Shown here: in pieces, positions 8,206-18,019 of the stretch | Layout: every line of letters begins with the position of its first letter | Position numbering within the stretch: position 1 is the first letter of the stretch | The notes under the pieces: generated by a model | What the model was told of the DNA's origin: nothing | The model's input: only the letters and a program-made list of their open reading frames with translations | Databases searched by the model: none | Made by a program: the position numbers and the translations under genes | IMG/VR virus record: IMGVR_UViG_3300024348_000013 | Coordinates: 1 to 46,676 of that record | Strand: one strand, 5' to 3' | DNA length: 46,676 nucleotides | DNA from: a virus | Taxonomy: Duplodnaviria; Heunggongvirae; Uroviricota; Caudoviricetes

Positions 8206-9957
8206 CTACTTTTTATTTATATCTTCTGTCAAAATTCTCTTTTTACCACCTTTCATATCCTTAAATATCTCTTGGTAATTCGTTCTTGGTTTGTATTTTA
8301 CCGAACCTTCTTTTTGTTTAAGGGTCTTAATACCTAATGGGTCTCTGCCCTCTGGGTGGTCATCCTTACCATATCTAACCGGGTCTTTTGGTCTACCAAC
8401 TTGCCCTTCTTCCTCTAATTCCGTTTTCAATCTATTCAATTCTTCTTCTACATTCGTTGGTCCTTCGGTTCCTGTTTCTTTAGCAGGGTCTACACCTTGT
8501 GTTTCGATTGATGTTAAACGGAATGTTTGTTTGGTATCATCTAATACTTGCAATGTTAATTCATCTTGCTCATCTTTAGCCATCTTCATTACTGCCTCAT
8601 ACATCCATTCTTTAGAGAACATCTTTGTTTGTTGCATTTGTTGAATTAGAGCTACCTTTGAAGTATATAGTTCAACTTGCTCTTGCTCATAGATTTTAGA
8701 TGGAATAGTTAATTCTAATGTAAAATTAGTTAATCTATCATCATCTATACCCTGTGCATATAAGTGAATAATTGCGATTTTAGTTAATTCTGAAATTAAT
8801 ACTCTTTGTACTCTTTCAATTGTTTTTGCAAAACGGATATCCATTGCTGCCAATGTTGCTTTACCATTGGTATCTTCTTCGTATCCTAAATATGCTTTTG
8901 GAATTTTCAATGCTGCCATCATTTTACCTTTTAAGTAATTGATGTCATCAATCATATTATATTCTAAACCTTTTAACGTATCAATTGAAGTACCATTATC
9001 ACTACCACGAACTGGCATATAATAATCTTCAATAAGGTTTTGCATATTGTACTTTAAGTTATAATCACCCGTTCTTTCATCAACGAAAGGAACTTTTTTA
9101 GATGAGTTTATAATCTTCTGCATGTAGTTATCCACTTCATTTGGTGGGATGTTACCAACATCTACTTTGAAAATTCTCTTTTCAGGAGCTCTCATTACTC
9201 TATGGATTAACATTGCGTCTTCCATCAACATTAATTGTTTCCATACTCGTCTACCACCTTCAATCATAGATTTTCCGTAAGGTAAAAAGTTTGAATCTGA
9301 ATTTAAACGGAAGTGAGCCATCTCATAGTTTTCAAATTCCTTCTTTGGGCTCATACCATATGCTCCTAATGGATTTTGGTATGGCGCATAAACGAATTTA
9401 ACTCTTTGAGGATTCTCCATATCAAATCCCTCTACTCTACTAACCTCATAGGTTGATAATGGCATTACGTTTACAATACCAATACCTTCTTCTGCTGCTA
9501 TTTCTAATTGTAAAAAGAAATCACCATATTTAACCAAGTTTCTTGTCCAAGGCCATAAGTTGAATTCTACATTAAGAATATCATAAAAAAGATTTTCTAA
9601 AATTTGTTTGATGTTATCATCTTCGTGGTGGATTTTTAATACATTACCCATTTCATTTCTAGCCGTACACTCATCTGCGTATACATCTAATGCTGATGCT
9701 AAAATCGGGTCGGTATCCATTGAATCGTAATCTCTAAACAAGTCAATTCTAACTTGCTGATATGCCATCGATGATTCTAATTGGCCTGTACCATAATTAG
9801 TAACCTTTAATTTCATAAAACGGTCTACTAAGTTAGTAGTCATATTCTGATACTCATCGGTATCAATGACCTTAACCCCATCTGCTGTTTTACGAACTAT
9901 GGTATTTGTTGAAAATAATTTTTGTAACCTACCTAATATTGATTTATCTGCTGCCAT
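8206..9957 (-). CDS. gp20: Portal protein, T4 gp20-like
   Basis: Motifs MEDAMLIHRVMRAPEKRIFKVDVGNIP, EDYYMPVRG...GTSIDTLKG, IDDINYL and ALKIPKAYL. Confidence 0.96.
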   Translation of the reverse strand: MAADKSILGRLQKLFSTNTIVRKTADGVKVIDTDEYQNMTTNLVDRFMKLKVTNYGTGQLESSMAYQQVRIDLFRDYDSMDTDPILASALDVYADECTARNEMGNVLKIHHEDDNIKQILENLFYDILNVEFNLWPWTRNLVKYGDFFLQLEIAAEEGIGIVNVMPLSTYEVSRVEGFDMENPQRVKFVYAPYQNPLGAYGMSPKKEFENYEMAHFRLNSDSNFLPYGKSMIEGGRRVWKQLMLMEDAMLIHRVMRAPEKRIFKVDVGNIPPNEVDNYMQKIINSSKKVPFVDERTGDYNLKYNMQNLIEDYYMPVRGSDNGTSIDTLKGLEYNMIDDINYLKGKMMAALKIPKAYLGYEEDTNGKATLAAMDIRFAKTIERVQRVLISELTKIAIIHLYAQGIDDDRLTNFTLELTIPSKIYEQEQVELYTSKVALIQQMQQTKMFSKEWMYEAVMKMAKDEQDELTLQVLDDTKQTFRLTSIETQGVDPAKETGTEGPTNVEEELNRLKTELEEEGQVGRPKDPVRYGKDDHPEGRDPLGIKTLKQKEGSVKYKPRTNYQEIFKDMKGGKKRILTEDINKK

Positions 9958-9974
9958 TTTTTTTTATATTTTTC

Positions 9975-10006
9975 TAAAGATACGGAAATTTTTTGGATTT
10001 ACCAAA
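9975..10006 (-). promoter_or_regulatory. Bacteroidota sigma70-like promoter candidate for the portal gene
   Basis: TTTG-N20-TATCTTTA versus the Bacteroidota consensus TTTG-N19-21-TAnnTTTG (last base differs); 17 nt before the ATG. Confidence 0.5.
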
Positions 10007-10954
10007 TTACCATTTCCTGCAGCTCCAATAATTTGCTTTGTGTCTTGGTCCTGGACTATCACAATTCATTCTTGCTCTAAAAGATTTTCTTGCTTTTGGA
10101 TTTGATTTTCTTATTTTCATTCCTTTTTGGCCGAAGTTTACCTTAACAACATTACCAGCTGGATTCTTAACATATACTTTGAATTTCTTTACATCACCTT
10201 GCATTGGTTTACCCAATTGAACACTTCTACCCTGATACTCTGCTTCATAAACACAATTGCAATTTGCTTCACTTAAATCTTTAGAATATGTTCTCATAAA
10301 GCCAATAAAATCTACCATATCCTCATCCTCTACATCATATTCTTCTGGTTCAACGTATCCGTAATTTACATCATCATCACTATTAATATCTTCGCTTACA
10401 GGAACGCAATTTGGCACCATCTTACCATTTTTCATTTTACCACCAACTTGCTTATACCCATCCCAACAATCTTCACATAATGCGTTAGCTTCTCCCTCAT
10501 TACAAGTTTTCCATCCTCCACCTTTACCTTTGTAATTTTTTGCAGCCCATCCATTTGCGTATGCTGATGGATATACATCAAATTTAGATTTTGCTGCCGA
10601 TTTAGATGCAGACCATTTAGCCGGGTCGGTTGGGCAATTTTTTTCTAAAAATAAATTTAGTCTTTCTTCTATGTTCATAGTTTCATTTTTTGGTTTTGTT
10701 GAAACATATATTGGTTTTTTACCTTGCCCACTACTATCTTTACCACCTCTTCCTGCATCATTTTGTGCATCTCTTTTTCTACGAGTTGCACTTTCTTTTT
10801 CTTTTTTACTCATTCCGGCTGCTTTTGCTGCAGGAACACATTTTGCATAACCTTTCTTTTCTCCCGAAGTACCACATGGTGGGTGTTTACCATCGACCTT
10901 TTTTCCGATGTTTACCCACTTTTCTTTAAACCATTTATTTAAGTCTTCGTTCAT
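10007..10954 (-). CDS. Multi-module basic Cys/Trp-rich protein (four small modules with xxE linkers)
   Basis: Modules: LNKWFKEKWV...KCVP; AKSKFDVYPSAYANGW; CWDGY...KMVPNCVP; and EAEYQGR...VNFG...SFRARMNC...ANYWSC. I recall these as DUF5872/DUF6321-like modules of T4-like phages. Confidence 0.7.
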   Translation of the reverse strand: MNEDLNKWFKEKWVNIGKKVDGKHPPCGTSGEKKGYAKCVPAAKAAGMSKKEKESATRRKRDAQNDAGRGGKDSSGQGKKPIYVSTKPKNETMNIEERLNLFLEKNCPTDPAKWSASKSAAKSKFDVYPSAYANGWAAKNYKGKGGGWKTCNEGEANALCEDCWDGYKQVGGKMKNGKMVPNCVPVSEDINSDDDVNYGYVEPEEYDVEDEDMVDFIGFMRTYSKDLSEANCNCVYEAEYQGRSVQLGKPMQGDVKKFKVYVKNPAGNVVKVNFGQKGMKIRKSNPKARKSFRARMNCDSPGPRHKANYWSCRKW

Positions 10955-10971
10955 TTAGACTAGTTTCAATA

Positions 10972-11003
10972 TATAAATATAAAAAAATTACTTTAGCAAC
11001 CAA
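10972..11003 (-). promoter_or_regulatory. ATATTTATA motif overlapping a TTG-N19-TATATTTA host-type promoter candidate
   Basis: TTG at 11003-11001, a 19-nt spacer, TATATTTA at 10981-10974 and ATATTTATA at 10980-10972; 17 nt before the ATG at 10954. Confidence 0.5.
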
Positions 11004-12595
11004 GTTAAGTTTTCAACCTGTCCTTTACCTAATTCCATTTCATATGGGTTCTTACTTAAATAGCCGGTTGATACAAATCCTTCGTACTGATTTATCTGAG
11101 AAGCGTTTAACATACTCTTAGTTAAATCAATTCCTTCTTGTCTTAAACGGAGTGCGGTATTACGAACCCAAAGTCCAATTGCCAATGCCATCGTAAGGTC
11201 ATCATTGTAACCCTTCATAGCTTCAGCCCTACCACCATTCCAAATAAATGTAAATAACTCATCTATGAGTCTCTGTGAACGAATTAGGATATCCTTATCG
11301 GTCATATATGTATCTAATGCTGATATGATAAGAGGACGAGTTTTAGATGTTGTAGAAAATCCTGCAACCATTTGCTTTTCATCTCTATAAAACTTATTAC
11401 TCATCTGCCTTTCAGTATCAATATATTTTAAATCATTACTCATATAGAATAAATTTCCATATCCTCTATTGATGATTTGTTGAATTGTTGCCCAACCCAC
11501 ATTTGAATTCTCTACTACTAATAGGGCGTTATTATATTCTGTTGCCAAACTTACTAAAAAGTTTCCAAAATCTTTTGTTTCAATTTTACCTCTATATTCT
11601 GCAACTTGTGAACTATCTTCGATATCAATTACTTGTACCGTTGAAAAATCGGCTCCATCTCCACGCGCAACGTCAGCGGATACCATATATTGTCTATTAT
11701 AATTGGGATGTTCCCATACCCATAAATTTCCATCAAATCCTCGCTTATCAACCGGCTCCATTATATAGGTATCTTTATACCAAGTCAATAATGCCGGGTC
11801 GATTACGGTATCACCTGAACCAATAAAGTCACAATCACATTCTTGTGCTGCTCCTTTAACTCCTAAGATACGAGTTTGTTCATCTCTCCATGCCTGATTT
11901 CTTTCAGGATGCTTTGTCCAATGTAGATTGATACAATTAAATCCATTTGCACCACTTTCACCTGCTACCCAAGTTTTATGAAAGAAATTACCCACACCAT
12001 TTGGAGTAGATAATACAATTGCAGCTCCACCTGTTGATAGAGTTGATTGTGCTGATAACCAAATTTCATCAATATCTCTAATGAAAGCTGCCTCATCCAC
12101 AACTAATAGGGATAGGGCTTCCGAACGTCCTGCATCCGGAGAACTTGCAATTGCTTTTACTTGAGAACCATTTTTTAATTTAAGGGAAAGTTTGTTATCT
12201 TCAACAGATGAACTTCCACCATCTCTTAACCAAACTGGTAACAAATCGTGCATAACTCTTACCTTTTCTACAAGGTTTTTAGCTACCGTTACTTTTGTTG
12301 CAATAACCAACGCATTAAAATCTTGATTGAATAACATCTTCCAAAGTATAAAGCCGGCAGATAAAGTTGATAATCCTAATTGACGAGATTTGAGGATAAT
12401 GTTAAAACGATTATCTTTAAAATCAGTTAAACAATCCTCCTGGAAAGGATAAAGGTGAAAGGGTATTTTTCCTCTCACCGGGTGTTGTATAACACAATAT
12501 TTCTTCATAAAGTAAATGGGGTCTTGTCCACATTTACGATATTCTTCAGCTATTATTTCCTTTAATGACTTCTTTGGTTGCCCTTGAACTGACAT
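10988..12595 (-). CDS. gp17: Terminase large subunit, T4 gp17-like
   Basis: Walker A region ILKSRQLGLST, Walker B LLVVDEAAF, STPNG, and nuclease motifs ADVARGDGADFS and GYNDDLTMA; no intein. Confidence 0.96.
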   Translation of the reverse strand: MSVQGQPKKSLKEIIAEEYRKCGQDPIYFMKKYCVIQHPVRGKIPFHLYPFQEDCLTDFKDNRFNIILKSRQLGLSTLSAGFILWKMLFNQDFNALVIATKVTVAKNLVEKVRVMHDLLPVWLRDGGSSSVEDNKLSLKLKNGSQVKAIASSPDAGRSEALSLLVVDEAAFIRDIDEIWLSAQSTLSTGGAAIVLSTPNGVGNFFHKTWVAGESGANGFNCINLHWTKHPERNQAWRDEQTRILGVKGAAQECDCDFIGSGDTVIDPALLTWYKDTYIMEPVDKRGFDGNLWVWEHPNYNRQYMVSADVARGDGADFSTVQVIDIEDSSQVAEYRGKIETKDFGNFLVSLATEYNNALLVVENSNVGWATIQQIINRGYGNLFYMSNDLKYIDTERQMSNKFYRDEKQMVAGFSTTSKTRPLIISALDTYMTDKDILIRSQRLIDELFTFIWNGGRAEAMKGYNDDLTMALAIGLWVRNTALRLRQEGIDLTKSMLNASQINQYEGFVSTGYLSKNPYEMELGKGQVENLTWLLK

Positions 12596-13245
12596 TATTT
12601 TTTGAATTTAATTTTCCAAAACACCCCACCACCAATGAATGGAGTTAATACTCCGTTTGTTCCATCAGTTCCAACTTTGTTAGCAACTCCTATACCTAAT
12701 TGATATATTTTATCACTTTTAGATTTAATCAATACACCAGCTCCTAAATTTGCAACTACGTCTACTTTATTAAATCCACCCGTAAATCCATAATATACTT
12801 GGGTTTTAGGTAATTCTTTAACAATTGTAGTTTCTTTGATAATTCTTTGCTTAACATTAGCGTTGAAAGTTCTACCCCATATTTTATTTTGTGAGATTGT
12901 ATCGGTTACGTCCACAGTTCCTAATGAATCAGGCAATACTAATACATCTTTGTATAATACTTTTGAGTAATAATCTTTTAATAATGCCGCTGTATCTATC
13001 ACTGCGGGGATTATTACTTCTTTCTCAACGATTGTTTCGTGATAAATATCTTCACCCTTTTTAGTTACCACTTTTGTTTTAACTACTTCAACTGTATCAA
13101 TTTCATGTTTGATAAGTTCATACTTTTTACCATCTACTTTTACAATTTCGCCAGTTCCTTTTTTGTTTCCACCACATTGTTGAAAAAGTACTATTGCAAC
13201 TAAAAGTGCTATTGCAATATTTTTTAAATTCAATAATTTTTTCAT
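12595..13245 (-). CDS. Envelope protein with an N-terminal signal/lipobox-like segment and C-terminal beta-strands
   Basis: IAIALLVAIVLFQQC is a hydrophobic segment ending in Cys; the C-terminus has amphipathic strands ending GGGVFWKIKF. Confidence 0.55.
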   Translation of the reverse strand: MKKLLNLKNIAIALLVAIVLFQQCGGNKKGTGEIVKVDGKKYELIKHEIDTVEVVKTKVVTKKGEDIYHETIVEKEVIIPAVIDTAALLKDYYSKVLYKDVLVLPDSLGTVDVTDTISQNKIWGRTFNANVKQRIIKETTIVKELPKTQVYYGFTGGFNKVDVVANLGAGVLIKSKSDKIYQLGIGVANKVGTDGTNGVLTPFIGGGVFWKIKFKK

Positions 13246-13248
13246 ATT

Positions 13249-13917
13249 TTATTTTTTAATCAATTCAGAATGATTTAGTTCAATCAATTTTTCTTCTAAT
13301 AATGTTTTTCTATGAATCAATAATTCAATTGCTTCATATGCTCCATCTATATCTTTTTGTAAATCTTCTTTTACTTTTTCAATATCAACATCCCAAGTCC
13401 AAGTTTGCAATGTTCCATCTTCATTTAAAAATTCAATTTGTTTTGAAACACCACTCAAAGCCTCTTCATATCTATCTTTCAATTCCCTAACATAAGCTAA
13501 CTTATTTCTAGTTATCTTATAATCTTCATAAAATGGATATGTACCATCTTCTTTTAATCCTTGTTCAAATTTAGCCAAACAGGTTGTACACATTCCAGTT
13601 TTACGGATTAATTTTTTATCCGCTGCACTATATTGAACAATTGTACAATCTTCTTTAGAACAATTACTTAATTTATTTAAGTAATCTCTAATATCATCCA
13701 TTCTGGTTACATTTGTTTTGTACCCCTCTTTTTGCTCCCACTCTTTACCATCCTTATCGGTCCAAATTTCACCAACTTCTCTTTTCTTCTCAGCTTCACC
13801 TTCATAACCAAATTGTGTTTGATTATTATCCGTTCTTCCAAAAACCGTGTCAATAATGAGTTTACGAGATTTGTGCATCCCTTTTGATTTCTCATCAAAA
13901 CTTTTTCTTTGTGCCAT
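13249..13917 (-). CDS. Hypothetical protein with a probable Zn site
   Basis: C-x4-C...C-x2-C (NCSKEDC...GMCTTC) followed by a coiled-coil-like C-terminus. Confidence 0.6.
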   Translation of the reverse strand: MAQRKSFDEKSKGMHKSRKLIIDTVFGRTDNNQTQFGYEGEAEKKREVGEIWTDKDGKEWEQKEGYKTNVTRMDDIRDYLNKLSNCSKEDCTIVQYSAADKKLIRKTGMCTTCLAKFEQGLKEDGTYPFYEDYKITRNKLAYVRELKDRYEEALSGVSKQIEFLNEDGTLQTWTWDVDIEKVKEDLQKDIDGAYEAIELLIHRKTLLEEKLIELNHSELIKK

Positions 13918-13962
13918 ATTTCTATACTTTTATAACTGTTTCTTTATACTATATATATCAAA

Positions 13963-16900
13963 TTAAGCGTAAAAAATACCAAGTATCTGATTAAGTGGTG
14001 CAAACGTACCTGTAAGTTTGTATGTTTTTCCACCATAAAAGAATACTAATCCTTCACTCGCTACAATTCTATCTACTCCCCCTAATTTGTTTAATCTTGC
14101 TAATTCTGCTTTTAATTTTGCTATTTGAGCAGGATTTCCTGCTGTTCTAACTTGGCTTGCAACTGATTTAAATTTATCCTTCATAGCTCTAATTGCTTTA
14201 TCAGGATGTACAGTCAATACTGAGCTAACAAAATCTAAAATATCTGCACCAACTCCTAAGAATATTTCTTCGAATGGTCTGATGTTATCCTTTTGTTGTT
14301 TTGCTACATTAACTTTATCATTATTAATTGCCCAAGCTAAAATCTTTTCGTTTGTAATATTATTCTTATCCAATCTAAATGCCTTTTCACCAAATGCCCA
14401 TCTTCTAACCAATGCATCTCTTGTCAATTTATTAACTTTTTCGGGTGATTTTGTATCTATAAAGTTTTCCCACCATGCTTGATGATAATTTGCTACATTA
14501 TCACTATCTGATAAACCAAATTGGGATTGTAATTTAGATAATTTACCTAAATACTTTCCTTGCTTACCACTTAGATTTTCATTCTTTGGTATTGATGTTA
14601 CAGGTGGTCCTTGTATTGTATATTTAGATTGTACATCTGCATTAACTTGCTTAATCATTCCTGCTAATTGAGATGCTGCTCCCTGATTTGCTCCAATAGC
14701 AGAACCTTTCTCATCATAACAAGTTGTATTATGAAATACTAAGATTGCCTGTCCATAAGGAATAACATTAACCGATGTTGGCCATATTACTTCCAAATTC
14801 ATAAAACACCTACCATCATTAAAGATTTTCTTTCTTTGAGCTTCTGATAATGAACTGATTGCTGCGGTTAAATCTCTCATTGCGAAATTATATGCATCAG
14901 TCAATGCACCTCTACCGCCAAACTTAGATGCTACATCAGCTATTCCCATTGCACCTGCTCCGGCATTTTGTAAATGTGATTTGTTACGAGCTGCAATCAA
15001 TCTACCATTTTTCCAGCTGATTGCTAATGCTTGTCCATCGGTTTTTTCTCTTACTACTCCCAAATCACCATTAAGTGCTTTTGAAATAATATTCTTTAAA
15101 TCACCAAAAGTTAAATCCATATCATCAAATGGATGGCTCATATGACCATATGCCCCACCTTCTAATAATAATGATTCGTTAAGAGTTTTTTTTTCTACAA
15201 ACTCATGTAATCCTAATTTATCAGTATAATCTGATATATCGTTATAACCACTATATCTTAATTCTCTTGCAACATCACTTTTAGTTGCTCGGGGGTTAGC
15301 ACACACCGCTGCTCCTATTTTCTTTCTACCAAATGAACCTGCTTTATCCCATAATTTCATAATTGCTTTGTAATGCCAATCGGTAGTACTTACTTCATCG
15401 GTTGCTTTAAAAATGTTTTGCCCCTTATCTCCCAATCTAAATGTTGTTGCCTTTTTACCATTAATTGTTGGCATACCGTGGTCATCTTTTCCGAAATCTT
15501 TAACAACAACTTTTTTGTTTTTAAATTTTCCCATCAAAACAGTATCACCCTTATCAACATCTATATTGATATCTTCGGTATAAATTTGTTTATTGATTCT
15601 ACCATATTCTCTCATCAATATTCCGGCTACCGCATGTGCATTGTTCTCAATCGGAGAACCATCATTGCCATCGGATTCATTTCTCACCAATCCCATCTCA
15701 TCTTGCTTTCTATGAACCATTTCATGTGCAATAGTTCTAAGAATATCCGCACCTAATCTTCCTTCGATTGCTACATATATTTCTTTGGTTTGTGGATTAT
15801 AACCACCTAATGAAGTTTTTGTTTCTGCAAATTCTCCACCACCAATTAAATTTACTTTTGGTTGTTCTTGTAATTTTAATCGGCCGCTTGCCCATTCTAC
15901 AAAGTGTTGAATAGATTTTTGTTTTGTTTCTGAAATATTTTCTTTTAATAAATCTTCTAAATCTTTCTTAGGTTTATTTTCACTATATCTTTTTACAGAA
16001 TCTAACATTTGCTGATTAGACATCTGATATGTAGACATCTTTTCTAATGTTTTAGATACGACTTTATCTACAAATTTTGCACCACTATCATCTCCTTCAC
16101 CTTCTAACAAACTTCCGACTACGCCAACTGCCGCGGTTGCTCCGGCGGCATGTACTCCACCCAATCCCATTGTTTCAAAAAATGAGTGTTTGACTAAATC
16201 TTTACCGAGATGTGCAGCAAAGCCAGTTGCTCCGTGATGCGCTAATCCCGTAACACCATGAACTGCTCCATGCCCAATTGCCGAACCTATTCCGTGTGCA
16301 CCCGCTGCTTTAGCAGCTGCGATACCACCACCAATTGCTCCACCAATTGCAGCTGCCCCAATCATAGATGCTCCCAATAACAATACATCTTTACCTAAGT
16401 GTTTAAGTGCATGCTTTTGTTTGTGGTGTTCATCTTTACTATATTCGTATTTACCCGTTTCTTCGTTTTTCTTATAACCCAATTTACCACCAGAATTATA
16501 TAATGATTTAACACTATCAACACTTCCGGTAACCATTTCTTTCTTTTCGTGTGCCCAATGTTTTGCACCATCCCATAAACCCTCTCCTTTTTTCTTAAAC
16601 CAATCACCAATGTTTTTGGCAGTTGATTTTCTACTCTCAGAATTAGGGTCATTCATTTCTTTTGCAGCCGTTTGGTCTTCTTTTGATAACTTAGCAAGTT
16701 CTTTATCCAATTGTTGCTTTGTTTCTTTTTCCCTTGGGTCTACCGGTGGTTTCTCAGCTGATGATTTTAGTTCAGCTCCACTTAATTTATTTGGTGGCGG
16801 TGCCTCTGCCGTAGGTGCTTCTCCACCTTTAGCTTTATCAGCTTTACCCTGTGTAGTTTGGTCTTTCTTAACAGGTTGACCAGGTTCAGCCGGCTTTGCA

Positions 16901-17862
16901 GATTGTGCTGCTGCTTTTCCAGGTTCTTCTTTTTTCTTTGGTTCGTTTGCGGGAGCATCTTCTGGTCCTGCTATTTTTGAAGCTTGAATATGTGCCGGAT
17001 GTTCTTTTGGTAATCTTAACGCATCTCTTGCTTTTATTTTCTTTTGTTCACCTTTACTATTTGTATAACTAATATCTACATCCAATGCTTTATTTTCAGC
17101 TTCTCCAAAATATTCATTAACAAAATCTTTAAATATTTCTTCAGCTGCTACTCTACCTAATAATTCGGATATTGGGTCATATGGTGCTTTGTTTCCGTCA
17201 AATGCTTTCTTCTCATCTTCTGGATGTTCGGTTTCATGTCTTGTAGGATGTGGCTCAGGTATTAATTCAGATGATGGTTCTGTATTTACTGATTCATTTA
17301 ATTTACCTGTTATCATTTTGTATATATCTTTATCAAATTTTGGATATGCTTTTAAGAAAAACTTCTTTGATTTTTCTGCATCATCACTACCCAACCCATT
17401 ACGAACATCAGTTCCACTTATTGGATTTTGTTCAGCTGGTACTGGGTACACATAACCAATTTCATCATAACCATATCCCATTTTATTGTTGTATGGTTTA
17501 AAATATTTACCATGCAATCTATTTGCATCCTTTTCACCTACTGCTGCAATATATTGAGTAGTTTTACCATCGAATTTTGAAAGTATTTCTTTTGGAGCAT
17601 ATGGATTTCCAACTCTAAGAAATTTAGATGATGGAATACCAAACATTGTAGTTGCTATTTTTTTCTTCTCGTTAAAATTAAATGGAGATTTATCAGAACT
17701 TGTATCGTTTGATGTACCTATATAAACATTGTTAGCACCAAATTTTGATACTAACTTTGAATAAGTAGCATAGTGTCCTTTGTGGAATGGTTGGAAACGG
17801 CCGGAGTATACTACTACCAGCTTTGTTACCTTAGGCTTATCTGCTTCGTTTATTGAATTCAT
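13963..17862 (-). CDS. 1299-aa multidomain protein: HxGH nucleotidyltransferase, low-complexity linker, Gly-rich hydrophobic segment, HExxH module and KxDG ligase-like domain
   Basis: GRFQPFHKGH (residues 21-30), AHEMVH (HEMVH at about 713-717) and EKTDG (K about 940). Modules are bounded by LNE/LLE/ISE/LLLE. Confidence 0.8.
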   Translation of the reverse strand: MNSINEADKPKVTKLVVVYSGRFQPFHKGHYATYSKLVSKFGANNVYIGTSNDTSSDKSPFNFNEKKKIATTMFGIPSSKFLRVGNPYAPKEILSKFDGKTTQYIAAVGEKDANRLHGKYFKPYNNKMGYGYDEIGYVYPVPAEQNPISGTDVRNGLGSDDAEKSKKFFLKAYPKFDKDIYKMITGKLNESVNTEPSSELIPEPHPTRHETEHPEDEKKAFDGNKAPYDPISELLGRVAAEEIFKDFVNEYFGEAENKALDVDISYTNSKGEQKKIKARDALRLPKEHPAHIQASKIAGPEDAPANEPKKKEEPGKAAAQSAKPAEPGQPVKKDQTTQGKADKAKGGEAPTAEAPPPNKLSGAELKSSAEKPPVDPREKETKQQLDKELAKLSKEDQTAAKEMNDPNSESRKSTAKNIGDWFKKKGEGLWDGAKHWAHEKKEMVTGSVDSVKSLYNSGGKLGYKKNEETGKYEYSKDEHHKQKHALKHLGKDVLLLGASMIGAAAIGGAIGGGIAAAKAAGAHGIGSAIGHGAVHGVTGLAHHGATGFAAHLGKDLVKHSFFETMGLGGVHAAGATAAVGVVGSLLEGEGDDSGAKFVDKVVSKTLEKMSTYQMSNQQMLDSVKRYSENKPKKDLEDLLKENISETKQKSIQHFVEWASGRLKLQEQPKVNLIGGGEFAETKTSLGGYNPQTKEIYVAIEGRLGADILRTIAHEMVHRKQDEMGLVRNESDGNDGSPIENNAHAVAGILMREYGRINKQIYTEDINIDVDKGDTVLMGKFKNKKVVVKDFGKDDHGMPTINGKKATTFRLGDKGQNIFKATDEVSTTDWHYKAIMKLWDKAGSFGRKKIGAAVCANPRATKSDVARELRYSGYNDISDYTDKLGLHEFVEKKTLNESLLLEGGAYGHMSHPFDDMDLTFGDLKNIISKALNGDLGVVREKTDGQALAISWKNGRLIAARNKSHLQNAGAGAMGIADVASKFGGRGALTDAYNFAMRDLTAAISSLSEAQRKKIFNDGRCFMNLEVIWPTSVNVIPYGQAILVFHNTTCYDEKGSAIGANQGAASQLAGMIKQVNADVQSKYTIQGPPVTSIPKNENLSGKQGKYLGKLSKLQSQFGLSDSDNVANYHQAWWENFIDTKSPEKVNKLTRDALVRRWAFGEKAFRLDKNNITNEKILAWAINNDKVNVAKQQKDNIRPFEEIFLGVGADILDFVSSVLTVHPDKAIRAMKDKFKSVASQVRTAGNPAQIAKLKAELARLNKLGGVDRIVASEGLVFFYGGKTYKLTGTFAPLNQILGIFYA

Positions 17863-17865
17863 ATG

Positions 17866-17874
17866 TATAAATAT
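17866..17874 (-). promoter_or_regulatory. ATATTTATA motif 3 nt before the ATG of the 1299-aa gene
   Basis: The minus strand reads GGG-ATATTTATA-CAT-ATG. Confidence 0.45.
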
Positions 17875-17889
17875 CCCAAATCTATTAGT

Positions 17890-18015
17890 TTAGAAATTTT
17901 TATAAACAAATGGGTCTCTTTTTTTCAATTCTTCTAGCTTTTTTTGAATTTTTTTCTTCATTTTATAAGCTTCATACCATTTTACAAAAAATGATATTAT
18001 AGGTAATTTCTTCAT
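17890..18015 (-). CDS. Small basic hypothetical protein (41 aa, ATG at 18015)
   Basis: MKKLPIISFFVKWYEAYKMKKKIQKKLEELKKRDPFVYKNF; the ATG is 4 nt after the upstream stop. Confidence 0.5.
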   Translation of the reverse strand: MKKLPIISFFVKWYEAYKMKKKIQKKLEELKKRDPFVYKNF

Positions 18016-18019
18016 AATT

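Noticed and set aside
652-12595. Inteins, introns or homing endonucleases in the capsid, portal or terminase genes
   Set aside because: Lengths are ordinary, motifs are contiguous, and there are no LAGLIDADG, HNH or splice-junction signatures.
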